Source: Escherichia coli | GTDB taxonomy: Bacteria; Pseudomonadota; Gammaproteobacteria; Enterobacterales; Enterobacteriaceae | Assembly (NCBI RefSeq): GCF_013122565.1 | Contig: NZ_CP053258.1 | DNA: 64,000 nucleotides | Direction: 5' to 3' (one strand) | Shown here: positions 1-9,473 of the stretch, one piece after another | Numbering within the stretch: the first letter of the stretch is position 1 | Layout of the letters: every line of letters starts with the position of its first letter | Position numbers and translations under genes: made by a program | The notes under the pieces: model-generated | What the model saw: only the letters and a program-made list of their open reading frames with translations | Database searches by the model: none | Told to the model about the DNA's origin: nothing

Positions 1-1
1 G

Positions 2-907
2 ATTCGTTGCCATCCGTACGTGCTGGAAGAGATGGAAGCGGCGAAGAACAATGACGTCAACGCGTTCGATAAACTGTTGTTCAAACATATCGGTCACGTC
101 GGTAGCAACAAAGTTCGCAGCTTCTGGCTGGGCCTGACGCGCGGTTTAACCAGCAGCACGCCAACCGGCGATGCCACTAAACGCTACTATCAGCACCTGA
201 ACCGCCTGAGCGCCAACCTCGCCCTGCTTTCTGATGTCTCGATGGCAGTGCTGGGCGGCAGCCTGAAACGTCGTGAGCGTATCTCGGCACGTCTGGGTGA
301 TATTTTAAGCCAGCTTTACCTCGCCTCTGCCGTTCTGAAGCGTTATGACGACGAAGGCCGTAATGAAGCCGATCTGCCGCTGGTGCACTGGGGCGTACAG
401 GATGCGCTGTATCAGGCAGAACAGGCGATGGACGATTTACTGCAAAACTTCCCGAACCGCGTGGTTGCCGGGCTGCTGAATGTGGTGATCTTCCCGACCG
501 GACGTCATTATCTGGCACCGTCTGACAAGCTGGATCATAAAGTGGCGAAGATTTTACAAGTGCCGAATGCCACCCGTTCACGTATTGGTCGCGGTCAGTA
601 CCTGACGCCAAGCGAGCATAACCCGGTTGGTTTACTGGAAGAGGCGCTGGTGGATGTAATTGCCGCCGACCCAATTCATCAGCGGATCTGTAAAGAGCTG
701 GGTAAAAACCTGCCGTTTACCCGTCTGGATGAACTGGCGCACAACGCGCTGGCGAAGGGGCTGATTGATAAAGATGAAGCCGCTATTCTGGTGAAAGCTG
801 AAGAAAGCCGTCTGCGCAGTATTAACGTTGATGACTTTGATCCGGAAGAGCTGGCGACGAAGCCGGTAAAGTTGCCGGAGAAAGTGCGGAAAGTTGAAGC
901 CGCGTAA
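2..907 (+). CDS. fadE: acyl-CoA dehydrogenase FadE, C-terminal part (gene starts upstream of window)
   Basis: ORF 20..907 frame is open to the window edge; translation recalled as FadE C-terminus; synteny with ivy and yafV. Confidence 0.85.
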   Translation: MRCHPYVLEEMEAAKNNDVNAFDKLLFKHIGHVGSNKVRSFWLGLTRGLTSSTPTGDATKRYYQHLNRLSANLALLSDVSMAVLGGSLKRRERISARLGDILSQLYLASAVLKRYDDEGRNEADLPLVHWGVQDALYQAEQAMDDLLQNFPNRVVAGLLNVVIFPTGRHYLAPSDKLDHKVAKILQVPNATRSRIGRGQYLTPSEHNPVGLLEEALVDVIAADPIHQRICKELGKNLPFTRLDELAHNALAKGLIDKDEAAILVKAEESRLRSINVDDFDPEELATKPVKLPEKVRKVEAA

Positions 908-949
908 TTGAATAACGGAGCCGAAAGGCTCCGTTTCTTTATCGGCTAA

Positions 950-1423
950 TTATTTAAAATTAAAGCCATCCGGATGGTTTTCCAGGCTGCCGGTCAACGC
1001 CGCGAACAGCACCGTTTTACCATCAATCGAAAGCGCATCGTTCACATTCAACCAGGTGAGTTTCTCTTGCGACGTTTTCTCATCAATAGTCGAGAACAGC
1101 CCCGTCATCTGATTAGATTTCTCGGACCACATCACAGCGATACGTTGCGAGCCACAGTCATGCGGTTTGCACGCGCTCATCACCTGATACGTCTCATCTC
1201 CCAACGTTACGGTTTGTGCGGGAGTATAAGTACCGCCTTTCATCACCCAGGCAGGCAGCTTATGCCCTTGCACCATCTGATTAAACGCAGCTTTGGTGGT
1301 TTCGCCCTTTGCAAGGCTGCTAATGGTTAAATCATCCTGCGCCATTGCACTGGTGGCGATGACCAGAGCGGCGACTGTCGTTATTGCCTTAAACATCATT
1401 CCTCCCGGGCTTATCCTGCCCAT
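950..1423 (-). CDS. ivy: inhibitor of vertebrate lysozyme Ivy, periplasmic
   Basis: 157 aa ORF with N-terminal signal peptide; sequence recalled as Ivy; conserved position next to fadE. Confidence 0.9.
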   Translation of the reverse strand: MGRISPGGMMFKAITTVAALVIATSAMAQDDLTISSLAKGETTKAAFNQMVQGHKLPAWVMKGGTYTPAQTVTLGDETYQVMSACKPHDCGSQRIAVMWSEKSNQMTGLFSTIDEKTSQEKLTWLNVNDALSIDGKTVLFAALTGSLENHPDGFNFK

Positions 1424-1567
1424 GTTATTAACCTCCTAAAGCCTGGCGATAACACGATAATTTGCAAATCAGATATTTCCAATATCAGCATTTGTTATCA
1501 ATTTATTCTGCGCTAAGGCAACTGCCTGATAAGGTGTTAAAGTTATAAAACCCTTCGCATAAAGGAG

Positions 1568-2347
1568 TTGTACACCGTGCCTGGTTTGAAGATTACGCTT
1601 TTGCAGCAACCACTGGTGTGGATGGATGGTCCTGCCAACCTGCGCCATTTTGATCGTCAACTGGAAGGTATTACCGGGCGCGATGTGATCGTTCTACCGG
1701 AGATGTTTACCAGCGGCTTTGCCATGGAAGCGGCAGCTTCGTCGCTAGCACAAGATGACGTAGTGAACTGGATGACAGCTAAGGCGCAGCAGTGCAATGC
1801 GCTGATTGCAGGCAGTGTTGCATTACAAACGGAGTCTGGTTCGGTTAACCGCTTTTTGCTGGTTGAGCCGGGCGGCACGGTACATTTTTATGATAAGCGT
1901 CATCTGTTCCGCATGGCAGATGAGCATCTACATTATAAAGCGGGCAATGCGCGAGTGATTGTGGAATGGCGCGGCTGGCGTATTTTGCCGTTGGTGTGCT
2001 ACGACTTACGTTTTCCGGTGTGGTCGCGCAATCTCAACGATTATGACCTCGCCATCTACGTTGCCAACTGGCCTGCTCCGCGCTCTCTGCACTGGCAGGC
2101 CTTGCTGACAGCCCGCGCGATTGAGAATCAGGCGTATGTGGCGGGATGCAATCGCGTCGGCAGCGATGGCAACGGCTGCCATTATCGCGGTGACAGCCGG
2201 GTGATTAACCCGCAGGGCGAGATTATCGCTACTGCCGACGCGCATCAGGCAACACGCATTGATGCGGAGCTGTCGATGGTGGCATTGCGGGAATATAGAG
2301 AAAAGTTTCCGGCATGGCGGGATGCGGATGAGTTTAGGTTGTGGTGA
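1568..2347 (+). CDS. yafV: nitrilase-family omega-amidase YafV (2-oxoglutaramate amidase)
   Basis: 259 aa ORF; true start may be the GTG at 1577 (VPGLKITLLQQ); carbon-nitrogen hydrolase family; K-12 synteny. Confidence 0.85.
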   Translation: MYTVPGLKITLLQQPLVWMDGPANLRHFDRQLEGITGRDVIVLPEMFTSGFAMEAAASSLAQDDVVNWMTAKAQQCNALIAGSVALQTESGSVNRFLLVEPGGTVHFYDKRHLFRMADEHLHYKAGNARVIVEWRGWRILPLVCYDLRFPVWSRNLNDYDLAIYVANWPAPRSLHWQALLTARAIENQAYVAGCNRVGSDGNGCHYRGDSRVINPQGEIIATADAHQATRIDAELSMVALREYREKFPAWRDADEFRLW

Positions 2348-2449
2348 GTGGGTGTTGTGTTTAAGGCCGGGGAAGACTACGAAAGCCCCTAACTTAAACA
2401 CAATATTACGCCAGAAGTCACCATTTCCAAAACACAGCGCCGCTGTACC

Positions 2450-2683
2450 GTGGGTTATCTGCCCAACCGCAGCGACACGCCGGTGATCAAAATCAGCGCC
2501 AAATGGCTGAGAGAAGCGGGATTTGCGATCGGCACGGGCGTTACCGTGAGGATCTCGGAAGGCTGCCTGATCCTGCTTGCGGATAACAACGAAGTACAGG
2601 AACTGCGCAGGGAACTTTATCAGGTTAAACAGTCAGTTAAGGGGATGCGTGACGGGATGTTTAGTGTGCTGAACGAGAGTTAA
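2450..2683 (+). pseudogene. SymE-like (AbrB-fold type I toxin family) gene lacking an ATG start; possible GTG start at 2450
   Basis: Translation ...VIKISAKWLREAGFAIGTGVTVRISEGCLILLAD resembles the SymE C-terminal core; in-frame stop at 2396 and no ATG upstream. Confidence 0.5.
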
Positions 2684-2690
2684 ATAATAA

Positions 2691-2724
2691 AAAGCCGGGA
2701 AGATTTTATTTCCTACCCGGCTTT
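2691..2724. terminator. bidirectional hairpin between convergent SymE-like gene and immunity gene
   Basis: aaagccggg ... cccggcttt inverted repeat flanked by A and T runs. Confidence 0.45.
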
Positions 2725-2729
2725 TAACA

Positions 2730-3179
2730 TTAATGCTTCAAGGGGAATGACTTCATCAGTAATTCTTCTAAAGAAGAATATAAAAATTCCATTTCATAAG
2801 AGTCATGCAGAAAAACAAATATCTTACCATCTGTATTCATAAGAATAGGGTTTCCGCAGCCATCATCTGAAATAGCATAAAATGAATTCAATATATTTTT
2901 ATCAAGATCTTTATATATTTCCCTAAACTTCAGAGTAAGATCAACTACAGAAGCCTTTCCTACTAAGGAACCATTTTTAAAGGCATGTATAGCTATGCCA
3001 CCAAAGGCCCCACCAAATTTCTTAATAAACTCAATATATTGTATATTGAATTTAATATTTAATATTTTTTCAGCCTGAATGATCTCCTCATCAGAAGCTG
3101 GTATACCATATAGGACCATATCTTGGTCAGATGTTATCTCATCTCTGACTCTTGCTAGCAATTCTTCATTCATACGCAA
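2730..3179 (-). CDS. putative immunity protein (SMI1/KNR4, SUKH-like) for orphan rhs module 4
   Basis: 149 aa AT-rich ORF directly downstream of and overlapping the rhs tip; SUKH-like pattern. Confidence 0.55.
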   Translation of the reverse strand: MRMNEELLARVRDEITSDQDMVLYGIPASDEEIIQAEKILNIKFNIQYIEFIKKFGGAFGGIAIHAFKNGSLVGKASVVDLTLKFREIYKDLDKNILNSFYAISDDGCGNPILMNTDGKIFVFLHDSYEMEFLYSSLEELLMKSFPLKH

Positions 3180-4297
3180 CCGCCCCCTCTATTGCTTAAA
3201 ACTTTTTCAGCTTGTGATTTCCAGAATTCTTTTTTCCACAGGTTAAATTCTTGACGATTATTTATACCTGAACCTTTTTTATTTCCATTTGGGTGCTGAC
3301 CAGCGTTATTTGTACTTGAACCATGATGTTTATCTGGCATAGCAGTAATTGGCCCTTGTGATTGCTGCCTGTCATGGTGCAATACTATTACATTCCCTTG
3401 CCTATCGCTCGGAGATAAACCAAATGGATGAGGAGCATCATCACTGTTCATAAAAATAATTCTATTAAGCTCGGAATCACTTAAGTGACTTAAATCCGTG
3501 TAACCTGATACATCTAAAGTTAATCCTCTGCTATCAGTAAAAGTAACAGTTAAACCCAGAGGATCGATCCAACTTATTGGATTAGGCGCATATTGGTATA
3601 AGTTTATCCCACCCGCCAGCCCTATCGGGTCCTGACTGATAAACCTCCCGCACTCCGGCGCATAATACCTGAACAGATTGTAATGCAGTCCCGTCTCTTC
3701 ATCATAATACTGCCCCGGCAGCCGCAGCGGTTGCTCAAAGTACGCCCCGCTGTTGCTGATGTCGCCCCGGTTTTCACCAAATCCCGCCTGATAGCCCGCC
3801 CACACCAGCGTCCCGTCCGCCGCGGTCACCTCCTGTACCGTGCCCGTCAGGTCCGTGTGGTAATACCAGATTTTTTGACTCTCTCCGCGCCCGGTGATGG
3901 CGGCCACCGGCGTGTACGGCTGTTCCGCGTCGTACAGGTATGTCCGCTTTCCCTGCCACGTTGTCTCCTGCAACAGCCGGAACCCTTCCCACACAAACGT
4001 TGTCCGGCTTCGTTCTCCCCGGTCGGTATGGAGATTGCTGGTCGCCTTGCTGATGCGCCTGCCCAGCGCATCATACTGATACCGCGTCTCGCTGTTGCTG
4101 CTGATGACCCGCGTTAACTGACCCTGCGCGTTCCACTCCAGCTGTTGGTCCCTGCGCTCTGTCAGTTCGCCCCATTCGTTATAGCGGTAACGGTCACGCC
4201 CGTAGCCCGGCAGGCGGTTATCCGGCACCGCTCCCTGATGCTCATCCGTCAGCAGGTTGCCCGCTTTGTCGTAATAATAATGGTCATGGTCGTACAT
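3170..4297 (-). CDS. orphan Rhs C-terminal fragment 4: core repeat, DPLGL, His-rich HNH-like tip
   Basis: About 0.75 kb near-identical to the 3' core of the main rhs (homology to ~4335), then a divergent tip with VLHHDRQQSQGP...KHHG; no N-terminus of its own. Confidence 0.7.
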   Translation of the reverse strand: MYDHDHYYYDKAGNLLTDEHQGAVPDNRLPGYGRDRYRYNEWGELTERRDQQLEWNAQGQLTRVISSNSETRYQYDALGRRISKATSNLHTDRGERSRTTFVWEGFRLLQETTWQGKRTYLYDAEQPYTPVAAITGRGESQKIWYYHTDLTGTVQEVTAADGTLVWAGYQAGFGENRGDISNSGAYFEQPLRLPGQYYDEETGLHYNLFRYYAPECGRFISQDPIGLAGGINLYQYAPNPISWIDPLGLTVTFTDSRGLTLDVSGYTDLSHLSDSELNRIIFMNSDDAPHPFGLSPSDRQGNVIVLHHDRQQSQGPITAMPDKHHGSSTNNAGQHPNGNKKGSGINNRQEFNLWKKEFWKSQAEKVLSNRGGGCV

Positions 4298-4376
4298 CTG
4301 CCCCGTGCGACTGGTCAGCCAGCCGCTGCGATCATACGCAAAATGCCCCCATCCGCATGCAAGCAGTATTTATCCT

Positions 4377-4682
4377 TTAGGAAAAGAGATTTATAGCTTT
4401 CTCTTGAAGTTCTATACCTATATCCTCAAGTTTGATCAGCTCGTCCTTACTGTACATTCCCTCCCGAAAAGAAAACATTCCATATACATCCATTAGTGCC
4501 AATCCTAAAACTTTTGGAACCATAATTTCATCAGCATATATTTCCGCCAAAAAATCCAGCGCCTTATATAATTCTTCAATTTCATTATCAAAAAAATCTT
4601 TCTTGAGTCTTAATCTAACAGGTATTGAATCATCTCCTAATAATTTATCGACCACTATTTTCAATGCAATCTCTTTATCCAT
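4377..4682 (-). CDS. putative immunity protein for orphan rhs module 3
   Basis: 101 aa AT-rich ORF immediately downstream of the orphan toxin tip. Confidence 0.45.
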   Translation of the reverse strand: MDKEIALKIVVDKLLGDDSIPVRLRLKKDFFDNEIEELYKALDFLAEIYADEIMVPKVLGLALMDVYGMFSFREGMYSKDELIKLEDIGIELQEKAINLFS

Positions 4683-4698
4683 ATATCATTTCCTGTCT

Positions 4699-6315
4699 TT
4701 AACAAGATCTAATAGCATTTGATGGGACATGGCCTTCCACAAGTACTTCTCCAGAACTAACTGCATAGTTACGGGCTGGTCCTTTTAATCCAGCATCCGT
4801 TGCTTTCTCTACCGTGGATAAGTCAATAATATTCCGATTACCTTTAACATCAGGAATAACATCGTCAGTATCAAATGTAACTGTAGTTTGGCCTGGTTCA
4901 CGGTATCGTACTGCTACATATTCATTTACGGTAGTTGAAATGAATTGTGAGCCTTTAAACGAATCATTACTACCATTTCTAACATGACCAGCAGCGCTCA
5001 TTCCTCGCCCCGGGTTCTTTGCAGATAGCCCCTCACTAATAGATTCATCCGCACGAATATTTCGAAATACCTTGATTAAGCCAAGAGGATCAATCCAGCT
5101 AATCGGATTCGGCGCATACCTGTAAAGATTCAGACCGCCACGGATCGAAATCGGATCCTGACTGATAAACCTCCCGCACTCCGGCGCATAATACCTGAAC
5201 AGATTGTAATGCAGCCCCGTCTCTTCATCATAATACTGCCCCGGCAGCCGCAGTGGTTGCTCAAAGTACGCCCCGCTGTTGCTGATGTCGCCCCGGTTTT
5301 CGCCAAATCCCGCCTGGTAGCCCGCCCACACCAGCGTCCCGTCCGGCGCGGTCACCTCCTGTACCGTGCCCGTCAGGTCCGTGTGGTAATACCAGATTTT
5401 TTGACTCTCTCCGCGCCCCGTGATGGCTGCCACCGGCGTGTACGGCTGTTCCGCGTCGTACAGGTATGTCCGCTTCCCCTGCCACGTTGTCTCCTGTAAC
5501 AGCCGGAACCCTTCCCACACAAACGTCGTCTGCCGCTGTTCCCTCTGGTCCGTATGGCGGCCATATGTCGCCTTGCTGATGCGCCTGCCCAGCGCATCAT
5601 ACTGATACCGCGTCTCGCTGTTGCTGCTGATGACCCGCGTTAACTGGCCCTGCGCGTTCCACTCCAGTTGCTGGTCCCTGCGCTCTGTCAGTTCGCCCCA
5701 TTCGTTATAGCGGTAGCGGTCACGCCCGTAGCCCGGCAGGCGGTTATCCGGCACCGCTCCCTGATGCTCATCCGTCAGCAGATTGCCCGCTTTGTCGTAA
5801 TAATAATGGTCATGGTCGTACATCTGACCCGTGCGACTGGTCAGCCAGCCGCTGCGGTCATAGCTGAACACCAGGCAACCGCGCAGTTTGTCATTGATGC
5901 CGCCGACTTCACCGTCTGCGTTCCAGATATAATCCCGCGCTGTCACGCTGTCTTTCTGCGCCGGGGGGTTACCGGCCTGCTGCGGATTCTGGCTGCCGCC
6001 TGGCAGGCTGCGCTGCCAGCTTAACCGGTTATCGGCGTTGTAGCCGCTGAACGTCGCCAGTTTCCCCTGGGTGCGCATCACCTGACGGTGCAGGCTGTCA
6101 CGCTCATATTCACTGACCGTGATACCGTCCAGTGCCGTCTGGAGCAGATGCCCGCTGCCGTAGTAAAGATGGCTGAGATGCTGCCCGTCCGGCAGGGTAA
6201 TGCCGGTGGGATTGCCCAGCGCGTCACGCTGATATTTTATGCTGCCGTGCACGCTGTGCTCTGCCGTCAGCCAGCCGCTGCGGTCATACGCAAAACGCAC
6301 CGTGTCCGCCTGCAA
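4699..6315 (-). CDS. orphan Rhs C-terminal fragment 3: core repeat, DPLGL, ADP-ribosyltransferase-like tip
   Basis: About 1.4 kb rhs core homology; tip has VFRNIRAD...SQFISTT...GEVLVEG, resembling the pertussis-toxin S1 R / STS / E pattern. Confidence 0.7.
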   Translation of the reverse strand: MQADTVRFAYDRSGWLTAEHSVHGSIKYQRDALGNPTGITLPDGQHLSHLYYGSGHLLQTALDGITVSEYERDSLHRQVMRTQGKLATFSGYNADNRLSWQRSLPGGSQNPQQAGNPPAQKDSVTARDYIWNADGEVGGINDKLRGCLVFSYDRSGWLTSRTGQMYDHDHYYYDKAGNLLTDEHQGAVPDNRLPGYGRDRYRYNEWGELTERRDQQLEWNAQGQLTRVISSNSETRYQYDALGRRISKATYGRHTDQREQRQTTFVWEGFRLLQETTWQGKRTYLYDAEQPYTPVAAITGRGESQKIWYYHTDLTGTVQEVTAPDGTLVWAGYQAGFGENRGDISNSGAYFEQPLRLPGQYYDEETGLHYNLFRYYAPECGRFISQDPISIRGGLNLYRYAPNPISWIDPLGLIKVFRNIRADESISEGLSAKNPGRGMSAAGHVRNGSNDSFKGSQFISTTVNEYVAVRYREPGQTTVTFDTDDVIPDVKGNRNIIDLSTVEKATDAGLKGPARNYAVSSGEVLVEGHVPSNAIRSC

Positions 6316-6488
6316 CTAGCTGTTCAGATGGTGAATTTAACTACACCTTCTGGTTATCACCGTATTCAAGTGCCGCGATGCAACTACTGGGAAACTACAC
6401 TCATTCTCTTATTATTTTTAGAAATTTTCATCTATTAAATAATACACATGACCGATATTATTTAACCCTGCTGGGTATAACTGAAAAA

Positions 6489-7340
6489 TTATTTATTTTT
6501 AATTAAATTCATTAAATCCCAAACATTGCTATCATAATGATTGAAACCTTGAATCACAAGATAAGACAATGCTTTCATATCCAACAAAAATCTGATTTTC
6601 CCGTCTATAATTTTTGTATTTTCCGTTATAAACAATCGTTCCAATTTAACAAGATTACTTATTTTAGCTACGCTTGGAATATCACCCATTTTTGAAAAAG
6701 ATATTTTTTTAATTGAAGGTAATTTACTTACATCTTCAATGATTGACACTGCCATTTTTTTGCATAAAGATAAAGACACTTCTTCTATATTTTTCAAACC
6801 ATCTAAAAAAGTCGTGTCCGAAGCCTTAGATAATCCAGATAACTTGATGCTCCTTAAAGTCTTGATAGATGATAAATTAGGGATTGTTTGAATATTGCTA
6901 TTTTTTATCTCTAATGATTGCAAGAATGATCTCCCCGCAACATGCTCTTTTTTTTCTTTAAAATCTATCAATGTTATTTTTTCCAGAGTTCTGTGATTAA
7001 ACAAATTATCAATTCCATTTCGACCTATTAATACAGCCTCTTTTAAAAATGGGAAATATGATAAATCAAGTCTCATTTTATCATCATTCAAAAGATGGAT
7101 GAGTTGTATTTTTTTCAACGAATACAGTTGTGATATATCCTTTATTTTATTGCCTGTGATATATATTTCATTAATGAAATTAATTTCATCAAGAAATGAT
7201 AAATCAGTTATAAGCGGTGACAAAACCAACCCGTTAACTTTCTTTTCCTTCATCGTGTCAACAATATGACTTGTATCGTCATGCTTTTCATACACAAGGA
7301 CACGACTTCCCCGTACACCATAATTTTCCACTAGTCTCAT
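6489..7340 (-). CDS. putative immunity protein, leucine-rich-repeat-like, for orphan rhs module 2
   Basis: 283 aa AT-rich ORF with repeated L-rich segments, directly downstream of the orphan tip. Confidence 0.45.
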   Translation of the reverse strand: MRLVENYGVRGSRVLVYEKHDDTSHIVDTMKEKKVNGLVLSPLITDLSFLDEINFINEIYITGNKIKDISQLYSLKKIQLIHLLNDDKMRLDLSYFPFLKEAVLIGRNGIDNLFNHRTLEKITLIDFKEKKEHVAGRSFLQSLEIKNSNIQTIPNLSSIKTLRSIKLSGLSKASDTTFLDGLKNIEEVSLSLCKKMAVSIIEDVSKLPSIKKISFSKMGDIPSVAKISNLVKLERLFITENTKIIDGKIRFLLDMKALSYLVIQGFNHYDSNVWDLMNLIKNK

Positions 7341-7359
7341 ATATTTCCCCTTAAATAAA

Positions 7360-8820
7360 TCAACACTCCCCCTTCACTCTAAAATCTTGATCTGAAACAT
7401 TTCCTGTATTTGGTGGTCGTTTTTCATTACTGGTTACTCCTCTTCCTCCATTTTTAGCTATTTTCATTGCCTCTAAATTATTTAGCCATTGTTTACTAAT
7501 TCCAGCATATTTATCAAAATTCAACGAATCCAACATTGCCTGAGTTAACTTTCCACTTCGGGCATGTTGCAACATTCTCTGATATAGATTTTTTGTTTGA
7601 CCTGCATACATTTTACCCGCACCTTCATCAAAAAACTCATAAATTGCTTGCCCTTTATATTTTGCAGTAACATCTCTTATTTGTTCTAAAAAATCACTAG
7701 CGAGTCTTACTAATCCCCAAGGATCAATCCACCTCAGCGGATTCGGCGCATACCTGTAAAGATTCAGCCCACCCCGGATCGAAATCGGGTCCTGGCTTAT
7801 GAACCTTCCGCACTCCGGCGCATAATACCTGAACAGATTGTAATGCAGCCCCGTCTCTTCATCATAATACTGCCCCGGCAGCCGCAGCGGTTGCTCAAAG
7901 TACGCCCCGCTGTTGCTGATGTCGCCCCGATTTTCTCCAAATCCCGCCTGGTAGCCCGCCCACACCAGCCTCCCGTCCGGCGCGGTCACCTCCTGTACCG
8001 TGCCCGTCAGGTCCGTGTGGTAATACCAGATTTTTTGACTCTCTCCGCGCCCGGTGATGGCCGCCACTGGCGTGTACGGCTGTTCCGCGTCGTACAGGTA
8101 TGTCCGCTTTCCCTGCCACGTTGTCTCCTGCAACAGCCGGAACCCTTCCCACACAAACGTCGTCCGCCGCTGTTCCCTCTGGACCGTATGGCGGCCATAT
8201 GTCGCCTTGCTGATGCGCCTGCCCAGCGCATCATACTGATACCGCGTCTCGCTGTTGCTGCTGATGACCCGCGTTAACTGGCCCTGCGCGTTCCACTCCA
8301 GTTGCTGGTCCCTGCGCTCTGTCAGTTCGCCCCATTCGTTATAGCGGTAACGGTCACGCCCGTAGCCCGGCAGGCGGTTATCCATCACCGCGCTCTGATA
8401 CTCGTCCGTCAGCAGATTGCCCGCTTTGTCGTAATAATAATGGTCATGGTCGTACATCTGCCCCGTGCGGCTGGTCAGCCAGCCGCTGCGGTCATACGCA
8501 AAGCGCACCGTGTCCGCCTGCATGTGGTGCAGCCGTTCCCCTTCTTTCGTCGGGGTGAGCGTCACTTCCGTTATCTGGTCAAGACGGTTGTAGCTGAAGG
8601 TCCGTGTACTGTGCTGCGTGTCACTGCGCAACAGGCGGCCCAGCGCATCACGCTCCTGCCGCTCATTACGCCCCCCGCCTTCTGTACCCTGCGTCTGGAT
8701 GATGACCGGATACCCGCCCGCATTCAGCGCCAAATGGCTGAGAGAAGCGGGATTTGAGATCGGCACGGGCGTTACCGTGAAGATCTCGGAGGGATGTCTG
8801 ATCCTGCTTGCGGATAACAA
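7360..8820 (-). CDS. orphan Rhs C-terminal fragment 2: core repeat, DPWGL, GIY-YIG-like tip
   Basis: About 1.1 kb rhs core homology; tip has AIYEFFDEGAGKMYAGQTKNLYQRMLQH; the first ~30 codons are antisense to the SymE-like remnant. Confidence 0.7.
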   Translation of the reverse strand: MLSASRIRHPSEIFTVTPVPISNPASLSHLALNAGGYPVIIQTQGTEGGGRNERQERDALGRLLRSDTQHSTRTFSYNRLDQITEVTLTPTKEGERLHHMQADTVRFAYDRSGWLTSRTGQMYDHDHYYYDKAGNLLTDEYQSAVMDNRLPGYGRDRYRYNEWGELTERRDQQLEWNAQGQLTRVISSNSETRYQYDALGRRISKATYGRHTVQREQRRTTFVWEGFRLLQETTWQGKRTYLYDAEQPYTPVAAITGRGESQKIWYYHTDLTGTVQEVTAPDGRLVWAGYQAGFGENRGDISNSGAYFEQPLRLPGQYYDEETGLHYNLFRYYAPECGRFISQDPISIRGGLNLYRYAPNPLRWIDPWGLVRLASDFLEQIRDVTAKYKGQAIYEFFDEGAGKMYAGQTKNLYQRMLQHARSGKLTQAMLDSLNFDKYAGISKQWLNNLEAMKIAKNGGRGVTSNEKRPPNTGNVSDQDFRVKGEC

Positions 8821-8914
8821 CGAAGTACAGGAACTGCGCAGGGAGCTTTATCAGGTTAAACAGGCAGTTAAGGGGATGCGGGACGGGATGTTTAGTGTGC
8901 TGAACGAAAGTTAA
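8729..8914 (+). pseudogene. SymE-like 3' remnant (last ~62 codons) fused to an rhs-fragment boundary
   Basis: Near-identical to 2497..2683; homology to the first copy starts abruptly at the junction with rhs-core sequence (~8728). Confidence 0.45.
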
Positions 8915-8922
8915 ATAATAAA

Positions 8923-8955
8923 AAAGCCGGGAAGGTAAATAAGCTTCCCGGCTTT
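8923..8955. terminator. bidirectional intrinsic terminator hairpin
   Basis: 12 bp perfect stem aaagccgggaag / cttcccggcttt with 9 nt loop, flanked by A-run and T-run. Confidence 0.6.
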
Positions 8956-8975
8956 CCACAACAATTTTAACTTAA

Positions 8976-9464
8976 TTAATCATAAGCATCGCCGTAATTT
9001 TCATATTTCCAATAAATATATTTACCACCTGAGCTATATAATTTATGCAATAATTCTGTAAAAGTCATTGCAATAATTGGACAACTACCTACAACGCCAT
9101 GTATCTCATAATTGCTATCATAACAGCGTCCATTTCTTTCTGTAGAAAAATCAATGGATAAATAATCATTATTATCGGTCCTGCAAATTAAGTACCATGA
9201 AGATGATATATCATCCTCACATGGCTCACCAACTATAAATTTATTTGCCTGTAATATTTCATTATTTTTCAAAATAGTGAAGGAGATTTCCTGCTCTTCA
9301 GAGCAAAACAATTTTATTCCATTACATATTTTGTAAAAACGAACAACATCATCAGGATATTTTAAATAATCAGATGGTAATAAAGGCAAATTACCATCTG
9401 GTGGAATAACTTCACATCTGTTATCATTTTTTATCAAGTCAAGTAATTCATCAATGCCATTCAT
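8976..9464 (-). CDS. putative immunity protein (SUKH-like) for orphan rhs module 1
   Basis: 162 aa AT-rich ORF downstream of the orphan tip; LLPSDYLKY...FYKICNG pattern. Confidence 0.5.
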   Translation of the reverse strand: MNGIDELLDLIKNDNRCEVIPPDGNLPLLPSDYLKYPDDVVRFYKICNGIKLFCSEEQEISFTILKNNEILQANKFIVGEPCEDDISSSWYLICRTDNNDYLSIDFSTERNGRCYDSNYEIHGVVGSCPIIAMTFTELLHKLYSSGGKYIYWKYENYGDAYD

Positions 9465-9473
9465 ATTACCACC

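Noticed and set aside
2365-2385. Motif aagaYtacgaaagccc shared between 2368..2385 and 19929..19946
   Set aside because: Only ~17 nt with a mismatch; roughly what chance would give in a 64 kb window, and no extended flanking similarity
2450-2683. Possibility that this is an intact, functional symE toxin gene
   Set aside because: No ATG and an in-frame stop about 18 codons upstream, so the N-terminal part of a SymE-like protein is missing; reported as a truncated gene or pseudogene
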